DNA of 63,646 nucleotides, counting the filler, from Reticulomyxa filosa (taxonomy: Eukaryota > Protista > Foraminifera): assembly GCA_000512085.1 (NCBI GenBank). It is 18 parts of 18 records of this genome, joined end to end, with 100 filler letters (N's around TTAATTAATTAA, not from the genome) between each part and the next. Parts side by side here need not be neighbours in the genome. Positions count along the whole stretch, not along the records: positions 22,406 to 35,579 come from ASPP01019051.1; positions 35,680 to 38,012 come from ASPP01008566.1; positions 38,113 to 39,550 come from ASPP01019633.1; positions 39,651 to 41,243 come from ASPP01030355.1; 14 more parts are not named here. The stretch is one strand, 5' to 3'. Position numbers and translations under genes: made by a program. Shown here piece after piece: positions 28,250 through 40,418 of this stretch (position 1 is its first letter; the number at the start of each line of letters is the position of its first letter). Below the pieces are notes generated by a model. The model did not search any database and had not been told where the DNA came from. It was given only the letters and a program-made list of their open reading frames with translations.

Positions 28250-28828
28250 ATGTTGAATGGTTGTATAGCAAATTTGACGGTAAAAAATACGAAAGAGATA
28301 TTCGATATCCCTGAACGTTCCCACGCCCTCCTCACTTGGAAAAGTATTTTTTCGGAAGTTCAGTTTATCACAACATTCGCAGTGAACCTGGAACAACAAA
28401 TAAAGGTGATGGAAAAAAATCGTCGCGCGATTTATTTGCAATCCACCGACAATGAGGGAACAACGATAGTTTCGGAGGGAGACAAAATGATATCAATGTT
28501 ATTTGATGAGGAAGATGTGGTGAATTGGCGCTGTTTGTTGCAGCGATGTCAAGACCTCAAACACTTGACACAAGATCTTGAAATGCAGTGCGAACGAAAT
28601 AATGCAAAAATTAATTATCTTGTGTTTTTGTACCATTTCCGCTTTCGAGAAGAATATTTAAATAGTATTATAAAACCACAATTCGAGGCTTTGATTGAAG
28701 CAGTCGGTCATTGGGGCATTTTTATTCCTGTAGAGATATTTGATTTGATTATAACACTTGTCAAACCAGTTGATCGACTTGTTGAAATGAAATGGGCTGT
28801 GAATATCTTAAATGCATTTTGGAAATAA
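28250..28828 (+). CDS. Hypothetical helical protein (possibly the last exon of the preceding gene)
   Basis: 192-aa open frame with normal amino-acid composition. Confidence 0.55.
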   Translation: MLNGCIANLTVKNTKEIFDIPERSHALLTWKSIFSEVQFITTFAVNLEQQIKVMEKNRRAIYLQSTDNEGTTIVSEGDKMISMLFDEEDVVNWRCLLQRCQDLKHLTQDLEMQCERNNAKINYLVFLYHFRFREEYLNSIIKPQFEALIEAVGHWGIFIPVEIFDLIITLVKPVDRLVEMKWAVNILNAFWK

Positions 28829-30644
28829 AATTCCACTGTTGTTTCATTGCTGTTGGCCTTGAAACTTTTTTTGGTTTTATAATTTGCTTTTTGATTATAC
28901 TATGTCCATCGACTCAGGCTAGAAACATGTTCTTTTGGGTACTTTTCTTTTCTTCATCTGTCTGCCTTGAAAATAAAAACAAAGTAAAAAGACCTTCAGT
29001 CTTTGCTCATTGATCTTAATGTTGGGCCTTAAGTGTAAATAGTGTCATATTGAAACTGTGGAATTGGTTGACTCTTTTGGTCATGGTGTCACTGTCCATC
29101 ATCAAGTTGTCTTTTCACTTTATTTGATAGAAATGCAAAAAAACAAAGATTTTGTCTTCTAAAGATCTTATCAACGAAGAGTAAATGCCCATTAAATTAT
29201 TTACAAAAGCAATACTATTGTTGCAATTGGAAGAGGTAAAAAAGATTACAATTTATTTCAGGCATCTTGATTATCAAGACTACGTTACAGACTGCTTTCC
29301 TTGGACATCATTTAAATATTATTGAATTGTATAAAGAATAAACATATTCAGAATACATTTATCAAACAAACTAAAGATGTTGTGCCCACATATAACGTTG
29401 ATGTATCTTTGGTTATTTTCCCTCAATTATTTTGTAAAAATTCAGGTGGGTTCGAAATTTTGAAAATATTCCAGAAATGTTTATTCGTACAGCATTAAAA
29501 TATATTTGACAAAAAAAGAATATTGTAACAAAGCAATTGAATGCTATTAAAGATTGCTGGGGATAATGAAAACTGTGAATGCGCAGACGAATTATTCATT
29601 TTGAAGGAAACTAAGCAAATCTTGAAATTAAATAAAAGCGCAATAATTAAATCGTAATTATGCAATCAAAGTTAATTTATGAACACATAACTTTACTGCC
29701 CATTTGTTTGAATTCTTAAGTGCAGTGCATTTAAAAAACAAATTTAATACTTTTGAGTAATCGTTTTTTTGTCACTCCTTTGGCAAGCTACTAGCAAAAG
29801 CAGGAAATGATTTTTATGTGATATTAACATTTGCAAAAATTATACAATAATCTTCAAAATACACTTTTTGATTGTATCAGCAAAAGTATTTTCATAAAGC
29901 TTAAAATAATGAATATCCTTGTAATATTAAAATTAGATATTGAATTAAGTATTATAGGGTACATGTTGATATGATTGAAAGTCATTACTAAATGTAAGTA
30001 TCCAAATAATATAACAATCATGGAATATATAACATGCTAATTACTAGGCGTTTGTAGTCAATGAGTTTAGTTATCATTTGACCAGAATTAAACAAATACA
30101 GAACTTAGGGTAATTTGGCTTCATTGATGAAATTATATATGCTAACATCGATTAAAACACTATTGCGAATTGACAGTTTCTTGTCACTTATGTAAGATTT
30201 ACTGCTTTAACAAACACAAATTTATAAAGTACACTTAATTAGGAACAATTATCATCGGTATACATCTGTCTTATCCCATATTTGACAATTCGTATGGAAT
30301 ATCAAAGCGTAACCGTCCAACATTTGATTTGACTTTCAATTACAACAATGAGTTTACGTTTTAAAAAACAAATCATTCAAACCGAACACTTATTTCTCTT
30401 TAGGAACGTTTGCGTTTCTATGGTTGACAAGTGTACTTGCGTTTCATAACGTATTGTCATTTCTTTTGTACATAGGGAAAAATAAACCAAAATGCAATAT
30501 GGTTGAAATGCACGAAACTTACGTTTCGGGCTCACTTGGAAAGATTTGTAGTTTTGATTTTTTCAAAATTTTCAACCCTCGGAACGTTGAGTAGCGTTTT
30601 TTCCTTGCTGTTTGCTTATTTGAGCTGCTTCAGCGCAAGAGACG

Positions 30645-32810
30645 ATGCAAAAACATCAATTAGAAGTAAACTTGACAGACAACGAAGAGATGGACTTTTC
30701 TGAAGGCCAAGTTAGGATTGTTACAGAATCGTGTCGCCATAACAGCAAGACAACCCGGCAAATGCCATCAGACAAGCCAAAAACCTCTGAGCCATACGGA
30801 AAAAAAGAAGGCATTTGTGGCAGTGCGATAAGTGAGAAAAAATTCAAAGTGTGCACTTGGAATTTATGGTGCGTGCCTTTTGGTAGTCCACGTACACTAT
30901 CCAATCCATATCGTTGTGCAAAGTATGCAGCCAACATTGCCAAACTGCAAAAATGGAAAGAATTTGATGGACTGATTATCTTCCATTTGCAAGAGCTGTG
31001 GGCCTTCAAAACAGGAATTTTTCCACCTTTTCTCCTGTGGTGTGTGTCATGGTTCGAATGGTGCCCTATCGTAGGTATACTCTTGTTTTATTGGCATTGT
31101 GTGGCATACATTGGGTGACCAATTGATTGTCACTATTTTTTTTGAGATGTGTGCTTGCCAAAAAATGTTTCAATTAAAAAGAGCCAATCATTAAATATCA
31201 TCCCATCCATTAAAAAAATGATTGAAAATAGGGCGTATAATAAGTTGCTTGTTTCAATTCCTTGCATTGTTATTGGGATTGTTGCCAATACTAAAGTGTC
31301 TGCCGTTAATGTACAACCCGAAAAGGCAGTTTGCACAGCAATTACGTAAGTATTTGCCTTATACAGTAGAGCATTCGCAAGTGCCATGGACGTGCGGATT
31401 TGATAATGGATTGCTTATGTGCTTCAACAAACCGCCACAAAAACATGGATTTCAACGATTTACGTCTCATCGTTGCGACGACAGCTTCGCTGCCAAAGGT
31501 TTTTTATGGGCTTATTTTCAAGACTTGCAATTACTTGTGATTAACACACATTTACAAGTTCGCTTTTTTGTGTAATTCAATTTTAAAGAAATGGTGGCAC
31601 ATTCGTGGGTGTCAAGATAATGTGTACCTATTTTTTGTGGCTTTATTTTTGTAAATGATTGACTTTTTTTTGTTTTGTAAAATAAACAAAATAAGTCAGC
31701 CGGATCAGGCAAAGAAAGAGAAAATCAATTGAATCAGCTGAAGAAATTTATTGATTCAGTGAGAGAACATATGAGTGTGTTGATCGCAGGAGATTTCAAT
31801 ATCGATTGTCGTAGCAATGCATTGCGATTGTATCGATTGGAACAAATGAAGAGGATCCATTTTGATTTGCAAACCAATTACGAGGGATCAACGACCAATT
31901 CACTGAGTGGTCATCACCACAGAGGTGGCAGTAGTAATAGTAGCAATGATCCTTCGCATCCAACTGATACCATCCGTGATGCCATGCACGGCAATCACAC
32001 AAATGGTTATAATTCTCACGATGATGGCGTATCTGTCAATGAGCATTCCACATCTCCACAACAGCTTCTTTCCCATTACTTCTATGAAGACACTCCAAAT
32101 GAGACTTTGTGCGAACAAGCACATAGCAGTGGGAATGCTAGTAATGCCACCAAAAACGAAAACATGCCACCCGCTGTTTCGATCAACTACGATTATGGTC
32201 GACGTAGCCACCATTTTCATTTACACTCGTATTACACATATTGCAATTTGGAACGCGCCAAATTCACTTGGCCCTCCATTTCAGATTGTCATGGTTTGTT
32301 TATTCCGTTTTATCTGTATTTTTATTCTTATTTGCTATATTTTTTTTTATAAGTCTCGAACGAGTGCAACCAACAAATTTTATTGTATTTAAAAAAAGAG
32401 GACCTGCCAGATGAAACTCCTGCGACTCTGGGAGATGTCGTAATTCCAGCATCGTCTGGGCATTTTCTTCCGTCAAAAAATATTGATAAAGAGTCATTGG
32501 CACGGAGGAAAGATAAAGAGTGTGGAAGGTATGGATTGTCGTTAGAAGAAGCAATACTATTACCTGCCAACCACCCGTTACAGGCACAAATTGGGAAAGG
32601 TGTACTCAAAAAAACTTATTTACCAATCGAACCACTTTGGGAATGAAAAAAATCAATCTATATGAACCTACATTTAAACGAAGAGATTGGAGTATCGATT
32701 ACGTTTTGGTCGACTTTCCAGTCGCCTCTGTCAAAAACTCGACTTTTGGAAGAAGGAGTGGCTTATCCGATCATTTCTTGATCCTCACCGATTTTGTGCG
32801 TTCCAAGTGA
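30645..32810 (+). CDS. Endonuclease/exonuclease/phosphatase (neutral sphingomyelinase-like) protein, multi-exon
   Basis: Complete EEP motif order: VCTWNLW, HLQELW, DSFAAKGFL, INTHLQ, IAGDFNID, PTF..SIDYVL, SDHF. One-base frameshift at the A-run near 32610. Confidence 0.85.
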
Positions 32811-33339
32811 GTCAATTGTGCCGGTGAGTTCTCTCTTTTTTGTTCTGTGCTATCCAATCGCTTCACATGAGCTGTTGGCCACAATTCGAACATGTTCCTT
32901 AAGTGGAAGTGTTTTCAACCAATAAAAATCGTTTGTAATATAATTTAACGGACAGACGATACAAATATATAAATGGTTTTAGCCATACCCAAAAAATCTG
33001 TTCACAATTTTGTTTGTTTTTTTGTAATGTGAATTCTTTTTTTAATCTAACTTTTGAGGTTTTTTCACAATTCAAATGATATGAAAAAATACAAGCAATT
33101 GTATTCTTTTGTATGCTAATTGCTGGAAGAAAAAAGGAGATGCATTGTTGCAAAATTATTATTAAAATTGCGTTCTCCCCTGGCCAAAAAAAAAAAAAAT
33201 TTTCCCCTGAATAGTGCTAAAAGGATCAACTTTGGCATTACTTTATACATCAAATGATGGTTCAATAATATCCTTTATTTATTCTCTTTATTAACTGATG
33301 GACACAACTACAACTAATAAAAAAAACAAGAAACACCGA

Positions 33340-34014
33340 TCAGGGATCAGGGATGGGGTCTTTGGTTTCGCCCTTGTTTTTTTGCTCTATAATGAAATCA
33401 GAAAAGTGTGCTTCAAAGCCATCTCTTTTTGGAGAACAGCTCATACAGCCAATTTTCAATTCACCATTGTCAAAGTAAAATTTTCTTAAAAGATTCCATT
33501 TGGTAATTTCGGTAGGTTTCTTAGACAATGATTCGCTTTTCTCCTCTTGAGTGGCTGGTGCCTCATTTTCACCTGGAAGCGCGTATTCGATTACAATCTT
33601 GTTGCCAAGGCGAGTCACTTTCAAATGCATAGTTGTTGATTTAGTGTTGCTTGAGGGCAGCTTACTCACCGCCCAATCACAGAAATTGTCATTACTGTCG
33701 CGACAAACCACACACGACGCGTGAGGACAATCATTCACATACTCAATTCCGCATTTCATCCATTTCTTATAGTTCACACGCAACATCATTCCCATCTGAT
33801 CATACAATGTACTGTACTCTCCTTTGATCGTTAGATAAGCCACAAAATCACCACTTATTGCTGTATAATAAAAATGCCCGTCATGTGAGTTCACTTCTGG
33901 TGTGTACCAAAAATCAGTTTTTTTGGTCACCAAGAGCAAGCTGTCAGGGCTCACCTCACTTGATTTTGGAGGATTTAACCACTTAAAATCTTTCGTAAAG
34001 TCAATCTTCGACAT
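33340..34014 (-). CDS. DUF1349 / Ree1-like concanavalin-fold protein, intronless
   Basis: WLNPP, KTDFW, DGHFY, YSTLYDQMGMM, WMKCGIEY, DWAV and GCMSCSPKRDGFEAHFSDF are typical DUF1349 motifs. Confidence 0.88.
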   Translation of the reverse strand: MSKIDFTKDFKWLNPPKSSEVSPDSLLLVTKKTDFWYTPEVNSHDGHFYYTAISGDFVAYLTIKGEYSTLYDQMGMMLRVNYKKWMKCGIEYVNDCPHASCVVCRDSNDNFCDWAVSKLPSSNTKSTTMHLKVTRLGNKIVIEYALPGENEAPATQEEKSESLSKKPTEITKWNLLRKFYFDNGELKIGCMSCSPKRDGFEAHFSDFIIEQKNKGETKDPIPDP

Positions 34015-34270
34015 TAGACGTGTTAATCTACTTAAAAAAGTTCCAACGTGGCCTTAGTTTAAACTCAAACTAAGCGTTTTCAAAGCAAAACTAACCAAGA
34101 GTGACACAATCCAAATTAAGAAAAAACAATCTCAATGGCACTAAAAAGCCACTTTTTCAAATGTTTTTCCTGATCAACATAAATCCAAGTAAACATAATT
34201 GCATGTTTACTTTTCACTTGCTAGAAGAGACACAAGGACCGACACATTAAAAAACCCCTTGCAAGACCCC

Positions 34271-34700
34271 ATGAGTGAAGCTTCTTTGCTATCTCGTTTG
34301 AAAGATGTTCCTTCTCGAGATATGATAATGAGACAAGAGCAAACTCGGAGCGGAATGAGCGCGCCTTCGCATCTGTCTTCTGGTAGTGGAATAGTGCAAA
34401 AAGCGGCTTCAATGTACAACAATAGTAGCAACAGTAATAACAATAATAACAGTAACAATAACATGTTGAGCGGAGCAAATTCATGGCATCTGTACACAGA
34501 CGATGAAGATGAAGACATAGAGGCCAGCGAAAAGGGAATGACATCAGCGTCAAACAACGACAGCATGATGGCAGGAACGCAGAGCAATGAAAAGTACAGA
34601 AGAGAGAATTGGACGCAATCAAAGAGTGTGATTCAGGAGCGAGAAAAAAGAGAAGAAAACGAAGATAAAAAGGAGAGCAGCGAAGAGGAGGAGGAGGAGC

Positions 34701-34749
<49 letters not shown>

Positions 34750-35579
34750 GCAACAACAACAACAACAAATGCAACGACAGTCGCATATGATACAAGCATC
34801 AAGCGGAGTAGTCGGAGCAGGAGCAGGAATAGGACTATCAAATAAATCACAATTAAAAAAACCACCAAACAAATATAAGCAAGTGCTATATATCCACGAC
34901 AATCACGAAAAAAAAAAAAGCAAAAGTTTGTTTGAGATCAATGGGTCAAATGACTTGATTGCGAAATTGATAACGAGCAATCGCTGGTACAAACTGATCC
35001 AATGCAAATCCAAAGAAATCCGAAGCAAAAAAAGGAATGCATTTCGCAATCACGACATTGTGATTGTCATGTTGAAGTCGAAAGATATTCTATTTAAGAT
35101 CTTAAAGGAAGCAGTGCAACGGTGTTCACGCCAATGTCTCCTCGTCGTGGTCCATAAGCATGCTTCCAAGCAACAGTTCCGACAACAGCTGGTCAAGTTG
35201 GGTGTCAACGTGGTCACCAATGACCCTCAAGAATTAAATAAAATGCTGGCTATTGTATCGCTACAAGGACGTAACTATCGTCAGGACATTCAGCAAAGCC
35301 TTCGCAATCATTATCACGTCGATGGCCATCAGTCGACTATGGACCCCAAAAAAAAACCGACCGACTATCACACATGCAACTTCTGTGGGATGGAGCATTT
35401 GAGCAAAAGAGAAATATCTGCACACATACCCCTGTATCATAGTGATGGCCTAATACGACAGCAAAGTTATGATAGTGATGACAACAATGATAATAATGAC
35501 AACAATGATAACAGTGATGCAAATAATGATAACAGTGATGCAAATAATGATAACAGTGATGCAAATAATGATAACACTG
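34271..35579 (+). CDS. PolyQ/polyN protein with C2H2-like zinc finger (Di19/KCMF1-like), 3' truncated
   Basis: Long ORF containing a CAA-rich polyQ run and CNFCGMEHLSKREISAHIPLYH. Confidence 0.65.
34700..34768 (+). repeat. (CAA)n polyglutamine microsatellite
   Basis: Seen directly. Confidence 0.95.
35504..35578 (+). repeat. 21-bp tandem repeat AATGATAACAGTGATGCAAAT, about 3.5 copies (NDNSDAN)
   Basis: Seen directly; runs into the contig end. Confidence 0.9.
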
Positions 35580-35679
35580 NNNNNNNNNNNNNNNNNNNNN
35601 NNNNNNNNNNNNNNNNNNNNNNNTTAATTAATTAANNNNNNNNNNNNNNNNNNNNNNNNNNNNNNNNNNNNNNNNNNNN

Positions 35680-38012
35680 AAAAAAAAACACACACACACA
35701 TAAGAATTGACGTAAGAGAAAATACATCCGCATGATAAATGAAAAACAATTACACTCACCACATCGTAGGGTCCCAGCTTACGCAAATCAGTGCAATGTT
35801 TGCCACAACAATGCCCTTGCTTTTTTGTCCGCAGTTTCTTTAGCGTTAGATTGCTGTCGCAAACAAAACGAATGAACGTATTTTGCTGCACATTGCAATG
35901 AAATTTTTTTTTAAAAAAATTAACACACACACACACACACAATACAACGTAACATTTCACATTTTGGCTTGTAATCGTCAATAGGTTCGTAAGGGAATGG
36001 GTTGTTAAACATAAAATCGTCCAGCCGTTTCAGACGACTTTGATCTCCAAAATAACAAGGTTTTTTGTAAGGAATTTTCCAAAACCCATCGACGTCGATT
36101 GGGTCGCTTGTCAGTTTATTCTTGGCTTGTTTTTTCGTTTGCTGTTTTAATTTCAATTCGTTCCACTGTTTTAAATGCCATTGCCAATCTTTTCCTTCCG
36201 CCCGTTTGACCAAATGTTGTTCCGCTGTTGTTTTGTGTTTTGATATGTGCAAGTTAACAAATAAATAAACAAATACATATACACATATATACATATGTAT
36301 ATACATACATATACATATATATATCTATATGTGTGTGTTATTAAAATGTACCTTTATCCAATAAAAGTTTGGAGTGTGTGTATAAATCCTCCAATGAGGA
36401 AGGATCATATTCGTGGCCTTGCAGCTTGCTCAAAACCTGCAACCACTTTTTTTGAAAGTCTCCAGCAATGTTCATGTACTTGTCATTTTCCACTTCGTCG
36501 CGGATGTCATGCAAAGTGACCTTAAGCTGCAGTTCTTGACACAGCTTGCCGAAGCGCTTCAAGAGCTTCAGCATTTGTTTTTGAACGGTGCTGTCATAAG
36601 GATATCCCACTTGATACTCTTCCTGCATCGATGCAATCTTGGACATCATGTCTTTGTTCATCGGACAATACGCGCTTCCCCTGTCTTCGCTACCTTCGGC
36701 GCCGAGATTTGGAATGTATTCCAAATTGGGCACGGGCGGCTCCGCACTTTCGCTATCTACGTCCATTGCATCGTGATGATCGACGGACATTTCCGCAAGT
36801 TCGTCTTGTTGACGCGCGAGAGTTCCATGGGCTTGATTTCTACTTCTGTGTTTCTCCTTGTCCTTTTCCTTTTCCTTGTCTTGATCCACGTCCATCGTTT
36901 TGTTCTTTCCTTTCTCTTTGAGCTTGTGGGCTGTTTTATCTGTTTGTTTATTCTTCATCTGGTCTTTGTCATCCTTGTTTCTGTCTTTATCTTTGCGTCT
37001 TTTTTCTGTTTTACTCATTCCTGCATTTGTTTCAATCTTCATGTTCACATCCTTTTCTTCATCATCGTCTCTCCTTTGCTCGTCGTCATCATTATTGCCA
37101 TGGTCTTCTTCTTCTTCTTCTTCTTCTTCTTCTTCTTTGTTGCCACTCTTTTTTTGTCCCAACTTTTGCAATTTCAACTGCTTGCGTCGCTCCGCTAGCG
37201 CTTGCGCTTGCGCTCGCTTTTGTATCATTGTTCGTGGCAGCTTGTTCTCGCGCAACACCTGCACGATTGCTCGCTTCGCACGTTTGCGCGAAACGTTTTG
37301 CATGTCCATAAAGTCCTCGATGATCGGCAACGTGCCGGTCAAGTCGTAAAATACGCGGGCTGCTTTGATTATTTCTAGCTGCGAACGTTGCGGCTAACGA
37401 CATTGGATAATGGCATTTTAAAAATGAAACACAACAATACGTATACACACATAAATATAAATATATATATATATATATGTATATATATATGTACACATAC
37501 ACTCAACATGTTTAGGAATGACTAACAGATCATCTGCTGGACTAATTTCCTTTTCTTCTTTGCCTTCGGCTTTTTCTTCTTCATTCTTGTCATTGCCCGT
37601 TCGATCCTCGGAAGAACTTGTCAAAGAGGCCTGGTCACAATCAAATTCAATGATTATATCTGCAGACGACGCACTCTCCTCATTGCTCTCTCCTTCGCTG
37701 CTTGATGAAACTGATATCGACGAATCGCTCTGTTTTGTTTGATATGTATATAAAGATATAATACATGTATATTATATAAAGGTACAAACAAATATAACCT
37801 CTTTCCCCATTAATTCTTTGTGCAACACGTCGACACGATTGAACAGCCCCATTTGAAGAAGTCTTTGCTTGCGACTTTCACGCGCAATTTCTTCCCATTT
37901 TATTCGGTCTTCTGGAGTCATTGCTGACACTCTCTTATCTTTTTTGTGTTTTGATTGATCCCAGTCCGAGTGCAATCGACTCAAACAAAACAATATACAT
38001 ATATATATATAT
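35680..38012 (-). CDS. Multi-exon charged hypothetical protein, partial
   Basis: 333-aa exon (36341-37342) plus flanking exons with TA-rich introns, and a Cys cluster near 35790-35830. Confidence 0.55.
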
Positions 38013-38994
38013 NNNNNNNNNNNNNNNNNNNNNNNNNNNNNNNNNNNNNNNNNNNNTTAATTAATTAANNNNNNNNNNNNNNNNNNNNNNNNNNNNNNNN
38101 NNNNNNNNNNNNTTTCTCAAACTATCCATGAATTAGAATTGATATTTTGCCATAAGTACAAATGTATGCATGGACAGCCATTACAGAATTTTTTGGATAT
38201 TTTTGTAATCCAAAAGAATTTATTAGTCTATCTTTCAGTTGTAAAAGATTTTTTGCTCATGTAATTTCTTTAAAAATAAAATAAATTTAAAATTATGTGT
38301 TTATTAAGATTATAAAACATGCTTTTGCAACTCAAAACAAGGTTTGCTGTTCACGTTCAAAGAAAAGTAAAATTAAACCAAACTTGAGGATAACAACTTC
38401 TTTAAAATTAACTTTGCATAATTCATTGAAAATGGCATAAAAATTCATTATGTGATTGGAAAATACGCAGATCCAACATTTTGTAGAGTGTTCCACAAGT
38501 TTGTGTAAAAAAAGGGGGAAACAACAACATTGAGCTAAAAAAGCATATAATTGGGTTGGCTTGTCTATTTCTTTGTATTTTCCAACAGCTAACGACACAA
38601 ACACAAGAATCATTAAATAAACTGATTTTTTATTAAGTAGCGCTTTAACAAAACTTGTACTTACACAAACTTTGGAGACATGAGAACTAAGTATTCTTGT
38701 AAAGAGACGCAGGTAAAACTCATTTATTGAGAAGACTGTTATTGATCTTACTTTTTCGCAATCTTACGTAAAAGCATAGTGAGATGAAGTTTTAATAATG
38801 GAAACAGCAAACTGGTTTTTCATTTTATTCAATTTATGTAAGCACATAATCTGTTACAACAACAGTTTAAAAAAAGGAAAAGTGCCCCTTTCGTGTTGTA
38901 ACTATTTTTGGTGAACCTCCCTTTTGATGTTAAGAAATCGGAGTGAAAGAAAAACTACAGATATCAAGCCAGGAAAAAAGATAGGCAAGCTTCT

Positions 38995-39515
38995 ATGGCA
39001 GCGGGTCTTAACAGAAAAGTAGCCGAAATACCTAATAAAAAAGATGACATTGATATTCTGGGAGCAACAACAACAAACAAGTTAAAACGTTACTACAAGT
39101 CCCAAGACAAACTAGTTCCATTATTTGATGATCCCGAACAATCTATTGACACTTGTTATATTCGATTGGCCCTTTTGCATGAAAGACAGTTTAAAAAAAT
39201 AAAAGAACAAATAACAAACAAAAAGCAAAACAAGGAAGAAGATGAAAAAGAAAAGTGGTTAAATTCAATTGATTATTCGGCGATGTATGGCAATGAACAA
39301 GAAACAATTGACGTGCGATATGTTTGGAAAATAGACAATGAAGGAGAAAAAAAAAAAGAAGAAGAAGAAGTGCGTCATATCAGTATTCGTGGTGAAGCAG
39401 GAAGTGGAAAAAGTGTATTGACACAAAGAATTGCATATTTATGGGCCAAAAATCAAATGTGGAATGATATGTTTGAATGGTTATTGCACATTTCATTTCG
39501 AAAGATTGTCAATGT

Positions 39516-39550
<35 letters not shown>
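38995..39550 (+). CDS. NACHT (STAND) NTPase protein, N-terminal part, truncated by spacer
   Basis: Pre-NACHT motif SIDTCYIRLAL, Walker A ISIRGEAGSGKSVL, then RIAYLWA...FEWLLHISFR. Confidence 0.88.
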
Positions 39551-39650
39551 NNNNNNNNNNNNNNNNNNNNNNNNNNNNNNNNNNNNNNNNNNNNTTAATT
39601 AATTAANNNNNNNNNNNNNNNNNNNNNNNNNNNNNNNNNNNNNNNNNNNN

Positions 39651-39870
39651 GAGCAGCCTTGAGCGCCGTCTCAGGGAAGCGGCCGATAACGACCGTGGAT
39701 GGGGTATCGCTCCCGGCGGGGCGCTTGACCACAATGAAGCTCTTGACCCCTCGCTCCGTGACGCGGACGGCTAGGGGGATAGCCTTCGTGTCGTTGATAA
39801 CGTAGCGTTTCCCTGTCTCGGCATTTGGGAGAGCCGCAATGTACCGGTCGGTCAGAAGTACCTTGGTCAA
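39651..39870 (-). CDS. int: Bacterial tyrosine integrase, N-terminal arm-DNA-binding domain (DUF4102/P4-like), truncated
   Basis: LTDRYIAALP..GKRYVINDT....LAVRVTERGVKSFIV......VIGRFPETALKAA. TTG start with a GGAG ribosome-binding site just upstream. GC-rich. Confidence 0.9.
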
Positions 39871-39880
39871 ATCAAATCTC

Positions 39881-39901
39881 CGGGGCTACGCCAGGCTTAC
39901 G
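39881..39901 (+). promoter_or_regulatory. Putative integrase arm-site pair (left)
   Basis: CGGGGCTACG-C-CAGGCTTACG: a 10-mer pair at 11-bp period, resembling the pair at 40143-40163. Confidence 0.6.
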
Positions 39902-40029
39902 GAAAATTCTGATTGGCGAGGCTCGCTTAGGTTGCCTCGGTTTCGCTGGGAATACCCAAGAAGTAAACAATTATCGGCCTTGATGATGTCCGAAGCTGCT
40001 TTTCGTTTTCTTAGGTTCGGTGGGCGCTC

Positions 40030-40078
40030 CGGCTTCCCAAGCCGTAGGTCGCGGGTTCGAATCCCGTCGCCCGCTCCA
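40030..40078 (+). tRNA. 3' half of tRNA-Gly(CCC), an att-site core rather than an intact tRNA
   Basis: CGGC-TTCCCAA-GCCG anticodon arm, GCGGGTTCGAATCCCGT T-arm and CGCCCGCTCCA 3' end. No D-arm or 5' acceptor strand at the expected distance upstream. Confidence 0.88.
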
Positions 40079-40142
40079 ATTTATCTTTTATATTCATAGA
40101 CTTAAGAATTGTCCGCACGATAGGCCAATTTCAAGGTCGTCG

Positions 40143-40163
40143 CGGGGCAACGCTGGGGCTACG
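40143..40163 (+). promoter_or_regulatory. Putative integrase arm-site pair (right)
   Basis: CGGGGCAACG-C-TGGGGCTACG: same orientation and period as the left pair. Confidence 0.62.
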
Positions 40164-40418
40164 AATTTTTGCTGTAGTTAGGGCAGAAACAAGCAACGGC
40201 AATAGTCGCCCTGAAACGTGCGTGCGTGACGAGCGAGAGCCGACCGAGTTGCTTGACATCATGGAGGCTCGGTCCGCTTTGGGATGAGAACGCCGACGAC
40301 ATACGCCAGAGCGTAAGCGGAGCGCAGTGCCGGCTACACGGAAAGTTCCCTCACTGCATCCACCTTACTTCGTCGGAATGAGTTTCCGTCATCAACCCAA
40401 TAGGTGTTGTTCCTGGGC

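Noticed and set aside
35760-36100. AWS/pre-SET-like Cys cluster suggesting a histone methyltransferase
   Set aside because: Only a few cysteines are visible before the gap and no SET motifs are present.
34207-37349. Long antisense ORFs (poly-C, poly-V, poly-L, poly-S)
   Set aside because: They are shadows of trinucleotide repeats in the real genes on the opposite strand.
40000-40078. Complete tRNA-Gly gene
   Set aside because: The 5' acceptor strand and D-arm are missing; only the 3' 49 bp remain.
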